The position numbers and the translations under genes were made by a program. The notes under the pieces are model-generated. The model was not told where the DNA came from, searched no databases, and saw nothing but the letters and a program-made list of their open reading frames with translations. Shown here piece after piece: positions 7,786 through 16,726 of a stretch of DNA of 23,629 nt (position 1 is the stretch's first letter; each line of letters begins with the position of its first letter). Origin of the DNA: Armatimonadota bacterium (GTDB lineage: Bacteria > Sysuimicrobiota > Sysuimicrobiia > Sysuimicrobiales > Kaftiobacteriaceae); contig JBBIUY010000005.1 in NCBI GenBank assembly GCA_037440005.1, forward strand, positions 1 through 23,629, in the 5' to 3' direction.

Positions 7786-8163
7786 CTAGCGGCGCTTCTT
7801 GCCGCCTCCCCGCTTGGCCTCGGTGTTGCGCTTGAGGTCCAGCAGGCGTTCCTCGCTCTCCTTGAGGAACGCCTTCAGCTTCTCCTCGAAGGACGTCTTG
7901 GCCCGGGCGCGGGCCGCGCGCTCCTCGGGAGACAGGGCCTGCTTGACCGACAGGTCCAGCTTGCCCCGCTCGTTCACGCCGAGGATCTTGACCTTGACCT
8001 TCTGCTGTTCTTTGAGGTAATCGCGAACGTCTTTGACGTAGGTGTCGGCGATCTCCCGGATGTGGACCAGGCCGCTGCGGCCGTCCGGGAGCTCGACGAA
8101 CGCCCCGTAGTTGGTGATCTTGACGACGGTGCCCTCGACGATGCTTCCGACGTCCACGCTCAT
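7786..8163 (-). CDS. S1 RNA-binding domain protein (YabR-like)
   Basis: VGSIVEGTVVKITNYGAFVEL...SGLVHIREI...VKVKIL...LDLSVKQ plus the YabR-type tail SFEEKLKAFLKESEERL..LKRN...KRGG; AGGAGG at 8179-8184. Confidence 0.92.
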   Translation of the reverse strand: MSVDVGSIVEGTVVKITNYGAFVELPDGRSGLVHIREIADTYVKDVRDYLKEQQKVKVKILGVNERGKLDLSVKQALSPEERAARARAKTSFEEKLKAFLKESEERLLDLKRNTEAKRGGGKKRR

Positions 8164-8205
8164 GCGCCGCCCGCTGGGCCTCCTCTGTGGGGAAGATGCG
8201 GCCGC

Positions 8206-8235
8206 ATTATACGGCCGCCTCTTTGGGAGTGTCAA
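8206..8235 (-). promoter_or_regulatory. Consensus sigma70/SigA promoter of the S1 gene
   Basis: Minus strand TTGACA (8230-8235), 18-nt spacer, TATAAT (8206-8211). Confidence 0.88.
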
Positions 8236-8301
8236 TCAGCCTCCGGCCCGACCGCCGCCTCCAGACGGGCGACCTCCCCGCCCGTTCCCCCCTGCCGGCT
8301 C

Positions 8302-8700
8302 CTAGCGCGCCAGGGCGTCCTGCAGGGCCCGCCACAGGCGCCGGACCCAGCCGTCCCGGGACGGAGGAGGCGGCGGGGTGGCGGGGGGTGGGGCGGGGGC
8401 GGGGACGATGAGCAGGGCCACCTCCTCGGGCCGGACCAGCCCCAGCTGCTCCCGGGCCAGTTTCTCGATGTGGCCCGGGGTGTGCAGCAGCCGGATCTCC
8501 TCGCGCAGGACCGCGTTCTGCCTGGCCAGGTCGTCCCGCAGCCGCTGCAGGCGGGCGGCCTCCCGCTCCAGCCGGTAGACCTGCAGGGTCGCAGAGCCGA
8601 AGACCGCCGCCGCCGCCACCCCGCCCGCCGCCGCGGCCACCGCTGCCAGCCGGCGGCCGCGGCGGTGGCGGCCGCGAAGCGCCGCCGAACCCAGGCTCAC
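8302..8700 (-). CDS. divIC: Septum formation initiator DivIC/FtsB family protein
   Basis: Basic N-terminus, one TM segment, coiled coil, IEKLAREQLGLVRPEE motif; GTG 8700 with SD GGAAAGGAG (8711-8719); lies between eno and an S1 gene. Confidence 0.85.
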   Translation of the reverse strand: MSLGSAALRGRHRRGRRLAAVAAAAGGVAAAAVFGSATLQVYRLEREAARLQRLRDDLARQNAVLREEIRLLHTPGHIEKLAREQLGLVRPEEVALLIVPAPAPPPATPPPPPSRDGWVRRLWRALQDALAR

Positions 8701-9053
8701 GTCCGATGCGCTCCTTTCCGTGCGCCGATGAAGGCCCCGGCCCCCCGTTCCGGCGGCGACCCTGTCGGGATCGGCCCGCCGGGCGGGAGGTCCGGCGCCT
8801 CCGCCTGCTGCTCCGGGAGTTGCATGGTAAGTGCGGGCGATCCTCAGCGTCGCCCTGCGCGTACTTTTCTCTGCCGCCTGGGAATCTCTTGCAGCCCAGA
8901 CTGGATTGACTTCTCCCTGGATTGGCCCCACCAGGGGCCGCTTCCGCGACCGCGGGATACCACTCTCCCCGGACCACTCGGATGCCGGCGGCGTCGGCCG
9001 GCCGCGGCCGGGTCATGGTCTTTGACGATCATGACGAATCCGTGGACAGGCGC

Positions 9054-10361
<1,308 letters not shown>

Positions 10362-10694
10362 TTACCGGATCGGGGTCCGGGGACCGGAGAGCTCAGTCGG
10401 GGGCTCGGGGGCGGAGCCGCCGTCGGGGCGGCCCGGCCGCAGGTCTCCTTCCCGCAGCCGGGCGAGGATCTCCACCTCGGCCGGGCCCGGGCGGTCGGGG
10501 TCGGGGACGGTCCGGACCCGGGCCACCACCCGCCGGTCTCCCTGGGCGATGGTGATGATGTCCCCCGCCCGCACCGGCGAGGACGGCCTGGCCGGCGCGC
10601 CGTTGAGCCGGACCCGGCCCGCGGCGCACAGGTCGTGGGCCAGAGCGCGCCGGCGGACTAGCCGGCTGGCCTGCAGGAACTTGTCGAGCCGCAC
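10362..10694 (-). CDS. S4-domain RNA-binding protein (YabO/RqcP/Hsp15-like)
   Basis: (M)RLDKFLQASRLVRRRALAHDLCAAGRVRLNGAPARPSSPVRAGDII; GTG 10694 with SD GGAGGG (10701-10706). Confidence 0.9.
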   Translation of the reverse strand: MRLDKFLQASRLVRRRALAHDLCAAGRVRLNGAPARPSSPVRAGDIITIAQGDRRVVARVRTVPDPDRPGPAEVEILARLREGDLRPGRPDGGSAPEPPTELSGPRTPIR

Positions 10695-10708
10695 CGCCTG
10701 CCCTCCGG

Positions 10709-11665
10709 CTACTGGGTGGGGCGGTCGGCCCGGGTGATCCGGGCCTGGGCGCGCACCGTCTGCAGCCACTGCTGGAACGCCGCCTCCTGCTTGGCGGCCA
10801 GCAGCCTCTGGCGGACCTGCTCCCGCACCTCGTCCAGCGTGGCGGCCACCGCCGGACGCCGCTGGAGGACCTGGATCAGGTGGTACCCGTACTGGGTGCG
10901 CACGATCCCCGAGACCTGGCCGGGCTGCAGGGAGAACGCCACCTGCTCGAACTCCGGCACCAGCTGGCCCCGGCTCACCCACCCCAGGTCCCCGCCCCGC
11001 TCCCGGCTGTCGGCGTCCCGCGAGTACTCGCGCGCCAGGTTCTCGAACAGCTCGCCCCGGCGCAGGCGGCCCAGCACCAGCTCGGCCATCCGCGGGTCGT
11101 CCAGCAGGATGTGCCGCACCCGCACCTGCTCGGGCCGGTCGAACTCGCTGCGGTGCTCCCGGAAGTAGCGGGCCACCTCCTCGTCGCTGACGGTGACCGG
11201 GGTCACCCGGGTCGCCAGGGTGCGCACCGCCAGGGAGCTGCGCAGGCGGGCCCGCAGGTCGGCCAGGGTCAGCCGGCGCTGGGCCAGCGCGGCCTGGAAG
11301 TCAGCCTCGGTGGGAAAGGTGCGCCGGATCTCCGCCACCTGGGCGTCCACGTCGGCCTCCGACGGCAGCGCGTTGTGCAGGCGGGCCTGCTGGAGGATCA
11401 GCCGCTGGTCGATGAGCTGGTCTAAGACGATCCGGGCGATCTCCTGGCGCTGCCGGCGCCCCTCGGGGGTGGCGGCGTCGATCCCGTACTGGCGGGCGAT
11501 GGCGTCCACCTCGCCGTCCAGTTCCCGCTGGTAGATCACCTCGCCGTTCACCGTGGCGGCCACCGCCGTCCCCCGGCGCATCCCGGAGGTGACGACGGTG
11601 ACCAGCCCCGCGCCCAGCAGCAGACCGACCCCGACGAGCAGGGCGACACGCGCGCGTCCGGTCAT
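10709..11665 (-). CDS. Parvulin-type peptidylprolyl isomerase / foldase (PrsA/SurA-like)
   Basis: N-terminal TM segment, AATVNGEVI, VRHILL, LAREYSRD..S...GGDLGW, LVPEFE, RTQYGYHLI; ATG 11665 with SD AAGGAG; no lipobox Cys. Confidence 0.92.
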   Translation of the reverse strand: MTGRARVALLVGVGLLLGAGLVTVVTSGMRRGTAVAATVNGEVIYQRELDGEVDAIARQYGIDAATPEGRRQRQEIARIVLDQLIDQRLILQQARLHNALPSEADVDAQVAEIRRTFPTEADFQAALAQRRLTLADLRARLRSSLAVRTLATRVTPVTVSDEEVARYFREHRSEFDRPEQVRVRHILLDDPRMAELVLGRLRRGELFENLAREYSRDADSRERGGDLGWVSRGQLVPEFEQVAFSLQPGQVSGIVRTQYGYHLIQVLQRRPAVAATLDEVREQVRQRLLAAKQEAAFQQWLQTVRAQARITRADRPTQ

Positions 11666-11705
11666 CTCCGACTCCTTTGGGCGACCCGCCGGCCGCCGCC
11701 TCATA

Positions 11706-14700
11706 CTATTTGCCGGCTGAGGGGGCCGCCGTCCCGGCGGGTTCCCGGCGGCGGGTGAGCCCGCGCAGGGCGTCCAGGACCTGACGCACCGCCTCCCGGT
11801 CGGCGGCCGACCCCGTGCCCGCCGCCTGCAGGCGCAGCACGGAGCCGGCGACGCTGAGGCGGCCCCGGAACCGGCCGACCAGCCGGGCCTCCTCCTCCGC
11901 CGACAGGGCCCACCCGGCCGCGGGGCGGATCACGATGCGGTCGTGGTCCCGGGTGATGGCCGCCACCCCGGCGTCCCGGGCCAGTTCCCGCAGCCGCAGC
12001 AGGTCCAGCAGGGCGGCCGCGGGGGGTGGCGGCGGCCCGTAACGGTCGGTGATTTCCTCGGCGACGGCCTCGGCCTCCTCCAGGGAGCGGGCGGCGGCCA
12101 TCTTCCGGTACATGGCCATGCGCTGGCCCTCGTCGGGGATGTACTCGGGCGGCAGGTACGCGTCCACGCCCAGGTCCACCGCGGGCGCGGGCGCCTCCTC
12201 CACCGCCTGCCCCCGCAGCTCCCGCACCGCCTCGTCCAGCAGCCGCGTGTACAGCTCAAACCCCACCGCCGCCAGGTGGCCGTGCTGCTCGGGCCCCAGC
12301 AGGTTGCCGGCGCCGCGGATCTCCAGGTCCCGCAGGGCCAGCTTGAAGCCCGAGCCCAGGGCCACGAACTCCCGCATCGCCTCCAGCCTCTGGCGGGCCT
12401 CGTCGGTCAGCGGCGCCCCCCGGGGGTACAGCAGGTAGCAGTAGGCCTGGCGGTTGGACCGGCCCACCCGCCCCCGCAGCTGGTACAGCTGGGACAGGCC
12501 CATCAGGTGGGCGTCCTCGATCAGGATGGTGTTGACCCGGGGGATGTCCAGGCCGATCTCCACGATGGTGGTGCACACCAGGACGTCGTAGCGGCCGCCG
12601 AGAAAGTCCAGCATCACCTGCTCCAGCCGGTCCTCGGGCATCTGGCCGTGGGCCACCGCCACCTTCGCCTCGGGCACCAGGGCCCGGATGCGGCGCGCCG
12701 CCCGCTCGATGGTCTCCACCCGGTTGTGGACCACGTAGACCTGGCCGCCCCGGTCCAGTTCCCGCAGGATGGCCGCGCGCACCAGCGCGTCGTCCTGGGG
12801 GCAGACCTCGGTGTGGATGGGCAGGCGGGCCTCGGGGGGCGTCTCCATCACCGACATGTCCCGCAGCCCCACCAGGGACATGTGGAGGGTGCGGGGGATG
12901 GGCGTGGCGGTGAGGGTGAGCACGTCCACGGTGGCCCGCAGCTTCTTCAGGTGCTCCTTGTGCCGGACGCCGAAGCGCTGCTCCTCGTCGATGATCACCA
13001 GCCCCAGGTTGCGGAAGCGCACGTCCGGCTGCAGCAGGCGGTGGGTGCCGATGACGATGTCCACCGTGCCCGCCGCCAGCCCCTCTAAGAGCTTGCGCTG
13101 CTCGGCGCGGCTGCGGAACCGGCTGAGGACCTCCACCGTGACCGGGTACGGGGCGAGCCGCTTGAGGAAGACGGTGTAGTGCTGCTGGGCCAGGATGGTG
13201 GTGGGGACCAGCACCGCCACCTGCCGGCCGTCCATGACGGCCTTGAAGGCGGCCCGCAGGGCCACCTCGGTCTTGCCGTAGCCCACGTCCCCGGCGATCA
13301 GCCGGTCCATGGGGCGCGGGGACTCCATGTCCCGCTTGACGTCCTGGATGGCCAGCCACTGGTCGGGGGTCTCCTCGAACTCGAAGGTCGCCTCCAGCTC
13401 CTGCTGCCAGGGGGTGTCGGGCCCGAAGGCGTGGCCCTGGACGGTCTCCCGCAGCGCGTACAGCTGCAGCAGCTCCCGGGCCAGCTCGCGGGTGGCCTCG
13501 CGCACGCGCTTTTTCTCCCGCTCCCACTCGGCCCCGCCCAGGCGGTGGATGCGGGGCTGCTGGCCCTCGACGCCGATGTAGCGCTGCACCAGGTCAATCT
13601 GGTCGGTGGGCACGTACAGCCGGTCGCCCTGGGCGTACTCCAGCTCCAGGTAGTCGCGCTCGGCGCCGCCCATGAGCAGCCGCACCATCCCCCGGTAGAT
13701 GCCGATGCCGTGGTGCACGTGCACCACCAGGTCCCCGGGAGAGAGGTCCGTCCACGAGTACAGGCGGACGCCCTCCCGGAAGCGCATCCGGCGCCGGCGG
13801 CGCCGCCAGCCGACGATCTCGCTGTCAGTGACCACCACCAGGCCCACCGGCGGCAGCTGGAAGCCCCCCGACAGCGGACCGTCGGCCACCGCCACCTGCC
13901 CGGGCGCGGGGACGACCTCGGGCCCCGCCGGCGCGGCTGCCACGCTGTGGTCGGAGAGGATCTCGCGGATGCGCTGGTTCTGGGTGGTGACCACCAGGAC
14001 CCGCCGGCCCTCCGCCTGCCACTCCTGCAGGCGCCGGCTCAGCAGCCGCATCTGGCCGGCGAACGCCTCCACCCCCGCGCAGGGCAGCGCGACCTCCAGG
14101 CCGCCGTGAGAGGCGTGCAGGGTGGACAGGCTCAGGCGGGCGAGAGCGCGCCCTCCGGCCGCGAGCGCGTCCCAGTCCGCCAGAGACGCCTCAGGGGCGT
14201 GCTCGCGCAGGGTGCGGCACTGGCGGCGCAGCTCGTCGGGCTCGTCGTAGACCAGCAGGGAGCCCGCTGGCAGGTGGTCCAGCAGCGTGGCCGTCCCGGC
14301 CCGCTCGGCGGCCGGAGTCACCACCACCCGGGCCAGCGGCCCGGTGCTGCGCTGGGTGGAGGGGTCGAACGCCCGCAGGGACTCGATGTCGTCCCCCAGC
14401 CACTCGGCCCGCACCGGCCGGTCCAGGTGCGGGGGGAAGAAGTCCACGATGCCGCCCCGGACGGCGAACTGCCCCTTGGCCTCGACCAGGTCCGCCCGTG
14501 TGTATCCAGAGGCCTGCAGGAACTCCACCAGGGCGTCCCGGTCGGCCCGCTGGCCCGCCGCCAGGACCCGCACCGCGGCGCGCAGGTCCTCCGCGGACAG
14601 CACCGGCCGCAGCAGGGCGGCCACCGGCGCCAGGACCCACAGAGGCGATCCGTCGGCCAGCCCCAGCAGGACCGCCAGCCGCTCGCCGGCCACCTGCGGG

Positions 14701-15050
14701 GGCGGGGGATCGTCGGGCCGCAGCAGGTCCGTCTGGGGGAAGACGACCGCGCGGCCCTCCAGGTCGGACCGGAAGGTCAGCAGGTCGTCGTGCAGCCGCT
14801 CGGCGGCGTCCTGGGAGGGGCAGACGACCAGGACCGCGCCGCCGTCGGGCAGGCCCAGGTCCTCGGTCAGGGCGGCGAGGAGGTAGGCCTTCTCCGCCCG
14901 GGCGGGCCCCACCACCTGCGGGTGGAGGCCGTCCCGCAGGGCCTGCAGGATGCGGGCATACTCGGGCAGGCCGCGCAGGAGGGGCAGCAGGCCCCGCAGC
15001 GTCCCCGCGGCGCTGGAACCGGGCTGGGAGAGGTCGCGCGTGACAGCCAC
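11706..15050 (-). CDS. mfd: Transcription-repair coupling factor
   Basis: UvrB-like FAVRGGIVDFF, RID LVVHVHHGIGIY, GDVGYGKTEVA, IDEEQRFGV, TATPIPRTL, QLRGRVGRS, DLEIRGAGNLLG, C-terminal TRCF domain. Start uncertain; GTG 15050 chosen because it follows a -10 box. Confidence 0.98.
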   Translation of the reverse strand: MAVTRDLSQPGSSAAGTLRGLLPLLRGLPEYARILQALRDGLHPQVVGPARAEKAYLLAALTEDLGLPDGGAVLVVCPSQDAAERLHDDLLTFRSDLEGRAVVFPQTDLLRPDDPPPPQVAGERLAVLLGLADGSPLWVLAPVAALLRPVLSAEDLRAAVRVLAAGQRADRDALVEFLQASGYTRADLVEAKGQFAVRGGIVDFFPPHLDRPVRAEWLGDDIESLRAFDPSTQRSTGPLARVVVTPAAERAGTATLLDHLPAGSLLVYDEPDELRRQCRTLREHAPEASLADWDALAAGGRALARLSLSTLHASHGGLEVALPCAGVEAFAGQMRLLSRRLQEWQAEGRRVLVVTTQNQRIREILSDHSVAAAPAGPEVVPAPGQVAVADGPLSGGFQLPPVGLVVVTDSEIVGWRRRRRRMRFREGVRLYSWTDLSPGDLVVHVHHGIGIYRGMVRLLMGGAERDYLELEYAQGDRLYVPTDQIDLVQRYIGVEGQQPRIHRLGGAEWEREKKRVREATRELARELLQLYALRETVQGHAFGPDTPWQQELEATFEFEETPDQWLAIQDVKRDMESPRPMDRLIAGDVGYGKTEVALRAAFKAVMDGRQVAVLVPTTILAQQHYTVFLKRLAPYPVTVEVLSRFRSRAEQRKLLEGLAAGTVDIVIGTHRLLQPDVRFRNLGLVIIDEEQRFGVRHKEHLKKLRATVDVLTLTATPIPRTLHMSLVGLRDMSVMETPPEARLPIHTEVCPQDDALVRAAILRELDRGGQVYVVHNRVETIERAARRIRALVPEAKVAVAHGQMPEDRLEQVMLDFLGGRYDVLVCTTIVEIGLDIPRVNTILIEDAHLMGLSQLYQLRGRVGRSNRQAYCYLLYPRGAPLTDEARQRLEAMREFVALGSGFKLALRDLEIRGAGNLLGPEQHGHLAAVGFELYTRLLDEAVRELRGQAVEEAPAPAVDLGVDAYLPPEYIPDEGQRMAMYRKMAAARSLEEAEAVAEEITDRYGPPPPPAAALLDLLRLRELARDAGVAAITRDHDRIVIRPAAGWALSAEEEARLVGRFRGRLSVAGSVLRLQAAGTGSAADREAVRQVLDALRGLTRRREPAGTAAPSAGK

Positions 15051-15058
15051 AATGACTA

Positions 15059-15064
15059 ATTGTA
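15059..15064 (-). promoter_or_regulatory. -10 box (TACAAT) upstream of mfd
   Basis: Plus-strand ATTGTA in an AT-rich island, 8 nt from the in-frame GTG 15050. Confidence 0.6.
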
Positions 15065-15131
15065 CCCAACGGAGAGGGTTCGGGGGTAGAACGCGGGCCG
15101 CCCGGGTGCCGGCCACGGCCGCGTCATTATC

Positions 15132-16382
15132 TCAATGCGGCCGGGGCTCGGCGGAACGCCTACCGTCCGCGCCGTTCCGCGTCCCCGCCGCCGCCACGCC
15201 CACTAGCGCCGCCAGCCCCAGCGATGCAAACGCCCACCCCCAGCCGCCGTCTGTGACGTCCAGGATCACCCCCATCAGGGCGGGGGAGACGGCGGTGGCC
15301 ACAAAGCCCGCCGCCGACTGCACCGCCAGGGTGGCGCCCAAACTGCGAGGGGCGGCCGCCTCGGCGACGGCGGTGGACAGGGTGCTGGACTCGGCGGTGA
15401 CCAGCAATCCGTAGAGCAGGGCCAGTGCCAGGACGACGCCAGCGCCCAGAGCGGGGGTCCAGCCGATGGTGGCCGAGCACAGGGCCGAGGCGCTCAAAAA
15501 CAGGACGATGGTGCGGCGGCGGCCCAGGCGGTCAGACAGCCACCCGCCCAGGGCGTTGCTGGCGGCGCCGGCGAGCAGGACCACCGACGCGAACGCGGCT
15601 CCGCGGGAGGCCGCGGCCTCCAGGGGCTGCCCGCGCCCGGCCCATAGGGTCGTCAGAAACGCCGGCAGCCAGGCCCGCATGCCGAACAGTTCCCAGTTGT
15701 GGGCCGCGTAGGCGGCGATCAGGCGCAGGGCGCGCACGTTTCCCCACACTCCCCCGGCGGCGGTGCGCAGGGACGCCGGGGAGCGGGGCGGGTCACGCAC
15801 GATCCGGTAGGCCACCGCCGCCGCCAGCAGCGGCCCGGCGGCGGCGACCGCAAACGCCGCCCTCCACCCGGCCCGCAGGAGGCTGCCGGTGAGCAGCAGC
15901 GACAGGCTGGCGCCCAGGGAGAAGCAGGCGATGTAGACGCCCATGGCCGCCCCCCGCCGGCGGGCGGGAAACGCCTCCACCACCAGGCGCATGCCGGGTA
16001 CATACGTGCCCGCCAGACCCATCCCGGCCAGGACCCGCAGGCCTAGGGCGGAGGCGAAGCCGTCGGCTCCGGACGCGAACAGCGCCGACGCGACGCCGTT
16101 CCACAGGGCGCCGGCCAGGTAGATCGCCCGCACGCCCACCACGTCGGTGAGGGTGGACGTGGCCAGGACCGCGGCGGCGTAGCCCAGCTGCTGGCCGGCG
16201 AAGATCGCCCCCGCCTGGGACGCCGTCATCTGCCACTGCTGGCGCAGGACCGGTAGCGCCGCCGAGTAGGTCCCGAAGGTGAGCATCGTCAGGACCTCGG
16301 CGGCGCTGAGGGCGGCCAGCCACCGCCAGGGCGCTGCCTCGCCCGGTGCGGGGCGGGGATGGGTTGTCTCTGGTGGTGTCAC
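15132..16382 (-). CDS. Major facilitator superfamily transporter, substrate unknown
   Basis: 416 aa with many hydrophobic segments; motif A variants LTDVVGVR and GWLSDRLGRRR; FPARRRGAAMG. Confidence 0.92.
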   Translation of the reverse strand: MTPPETTHPRPAPGEAAPWRWLAALSAAEVLTMLTFGTYSAALPVLRQQWQMTASQAGAIFAGQQLGYAAAVLATSTLTDVVGVRAIYLAGALWNGVASALFASGADGFASALGLRVLAGMGLAGTYVPGMRLVVEAFPARRRGAAMGVYIACFSLGASLSLLLTGSLLRAGWRAAFAVAAAGPLLAAAVAYRIVRDPPRSPASLRTAAGGVWGNVRALRLIAAYAAHNWELFGMRAWLPAFLTTLWAGRGQPLEAAASRGAAFASVVLLAGAASNALGGWLSDRLGRRRTIVLFLSASALCSATIGWTPALGAGVVLALALLYGLLVTAESSTLSTAVAEAAAPRSLGATLAVQSAAGFVATAVSPALMGVILDVTDGGWGWAFASLGLAALVGVAAAGTRNGADGRRSAEPRPH

Positions 16383-16392
16383 GTCTCCACTT

Positions 16393-16629
16393 TAACTGCG
16401 TTGAAGGTTGGAGGTTGAAGGTTGAAGGTGGACTGCCCCCTCCCCTCTCCCCCTCTAACTGCGTTGGAGGTTGAAGGTTGGAGGTTGGATCCCCCTCACC
16501 CTCGCCCTCTCCCCCTGCCGGGGGAGAGGGTCCTTACCCCAGCCGTCTCCCCCTCTAACTGCGTTGAAGGTTGGAGGTTGAAGGTTGACCCCCCTCACCC
16601 TCACCCTCTCCCCCTGCCGGGGGAGAGGG
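16393..16629. repeat. Composite array: three TAACTGC-(GTTGRAG)n heptamer blocks plus two REP-like hairpins
   Basis: Blocks start at 16393, 16456 and 16556; perfect 11-bp stems CCCTCTCCCCC-TGCC-GGGGGAGAGGG at 16505-16530 and 16604-16629, each preceded by CCCCCTCACCCTC. Confidence 0.93.
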
Positions 16630-16652
16630 ATCTCAATGGGCTGGCTGACGTG

Positions 16653-16724
16653 GCGCGGTCGCGCGGTCGGGCGGTCGCGCAGTCGCGCGGTCGGGTGGTC
16701 GCGCGGTCGCGCTTCCGCGCTTGC
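16653..16724. repeat. Octamer tandem repeat (GCGCGGTC)n
   Basis: GCGCGGTC GCGCGGTC GGGCGGTC GCGCAGTC GCGCGGTC GGGTGGTC GCGCGGTC plus two degenerate units. Confidence 0.92.
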
Positions 16725-16726
16725 GT

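Noticed and set aside
8701..8931. N-terminal extension of DivIC to 209 aa
   Set aside because: The extension is low-complexity, and a strong SD supports GTG 8700.
8758..9053. Terminal inverted repeats of an IS or MITE (GACCCTGTC ... GACAGGCGC)
   Set aside because: Only a 6-bp core (CCTGTC) matches well and no target duplication was seen; too weak to call.
16393..16724. CRISPR array
   Set aside because: No unique spacers between constant repeats; the units are microsatellite-like; no cas genes.
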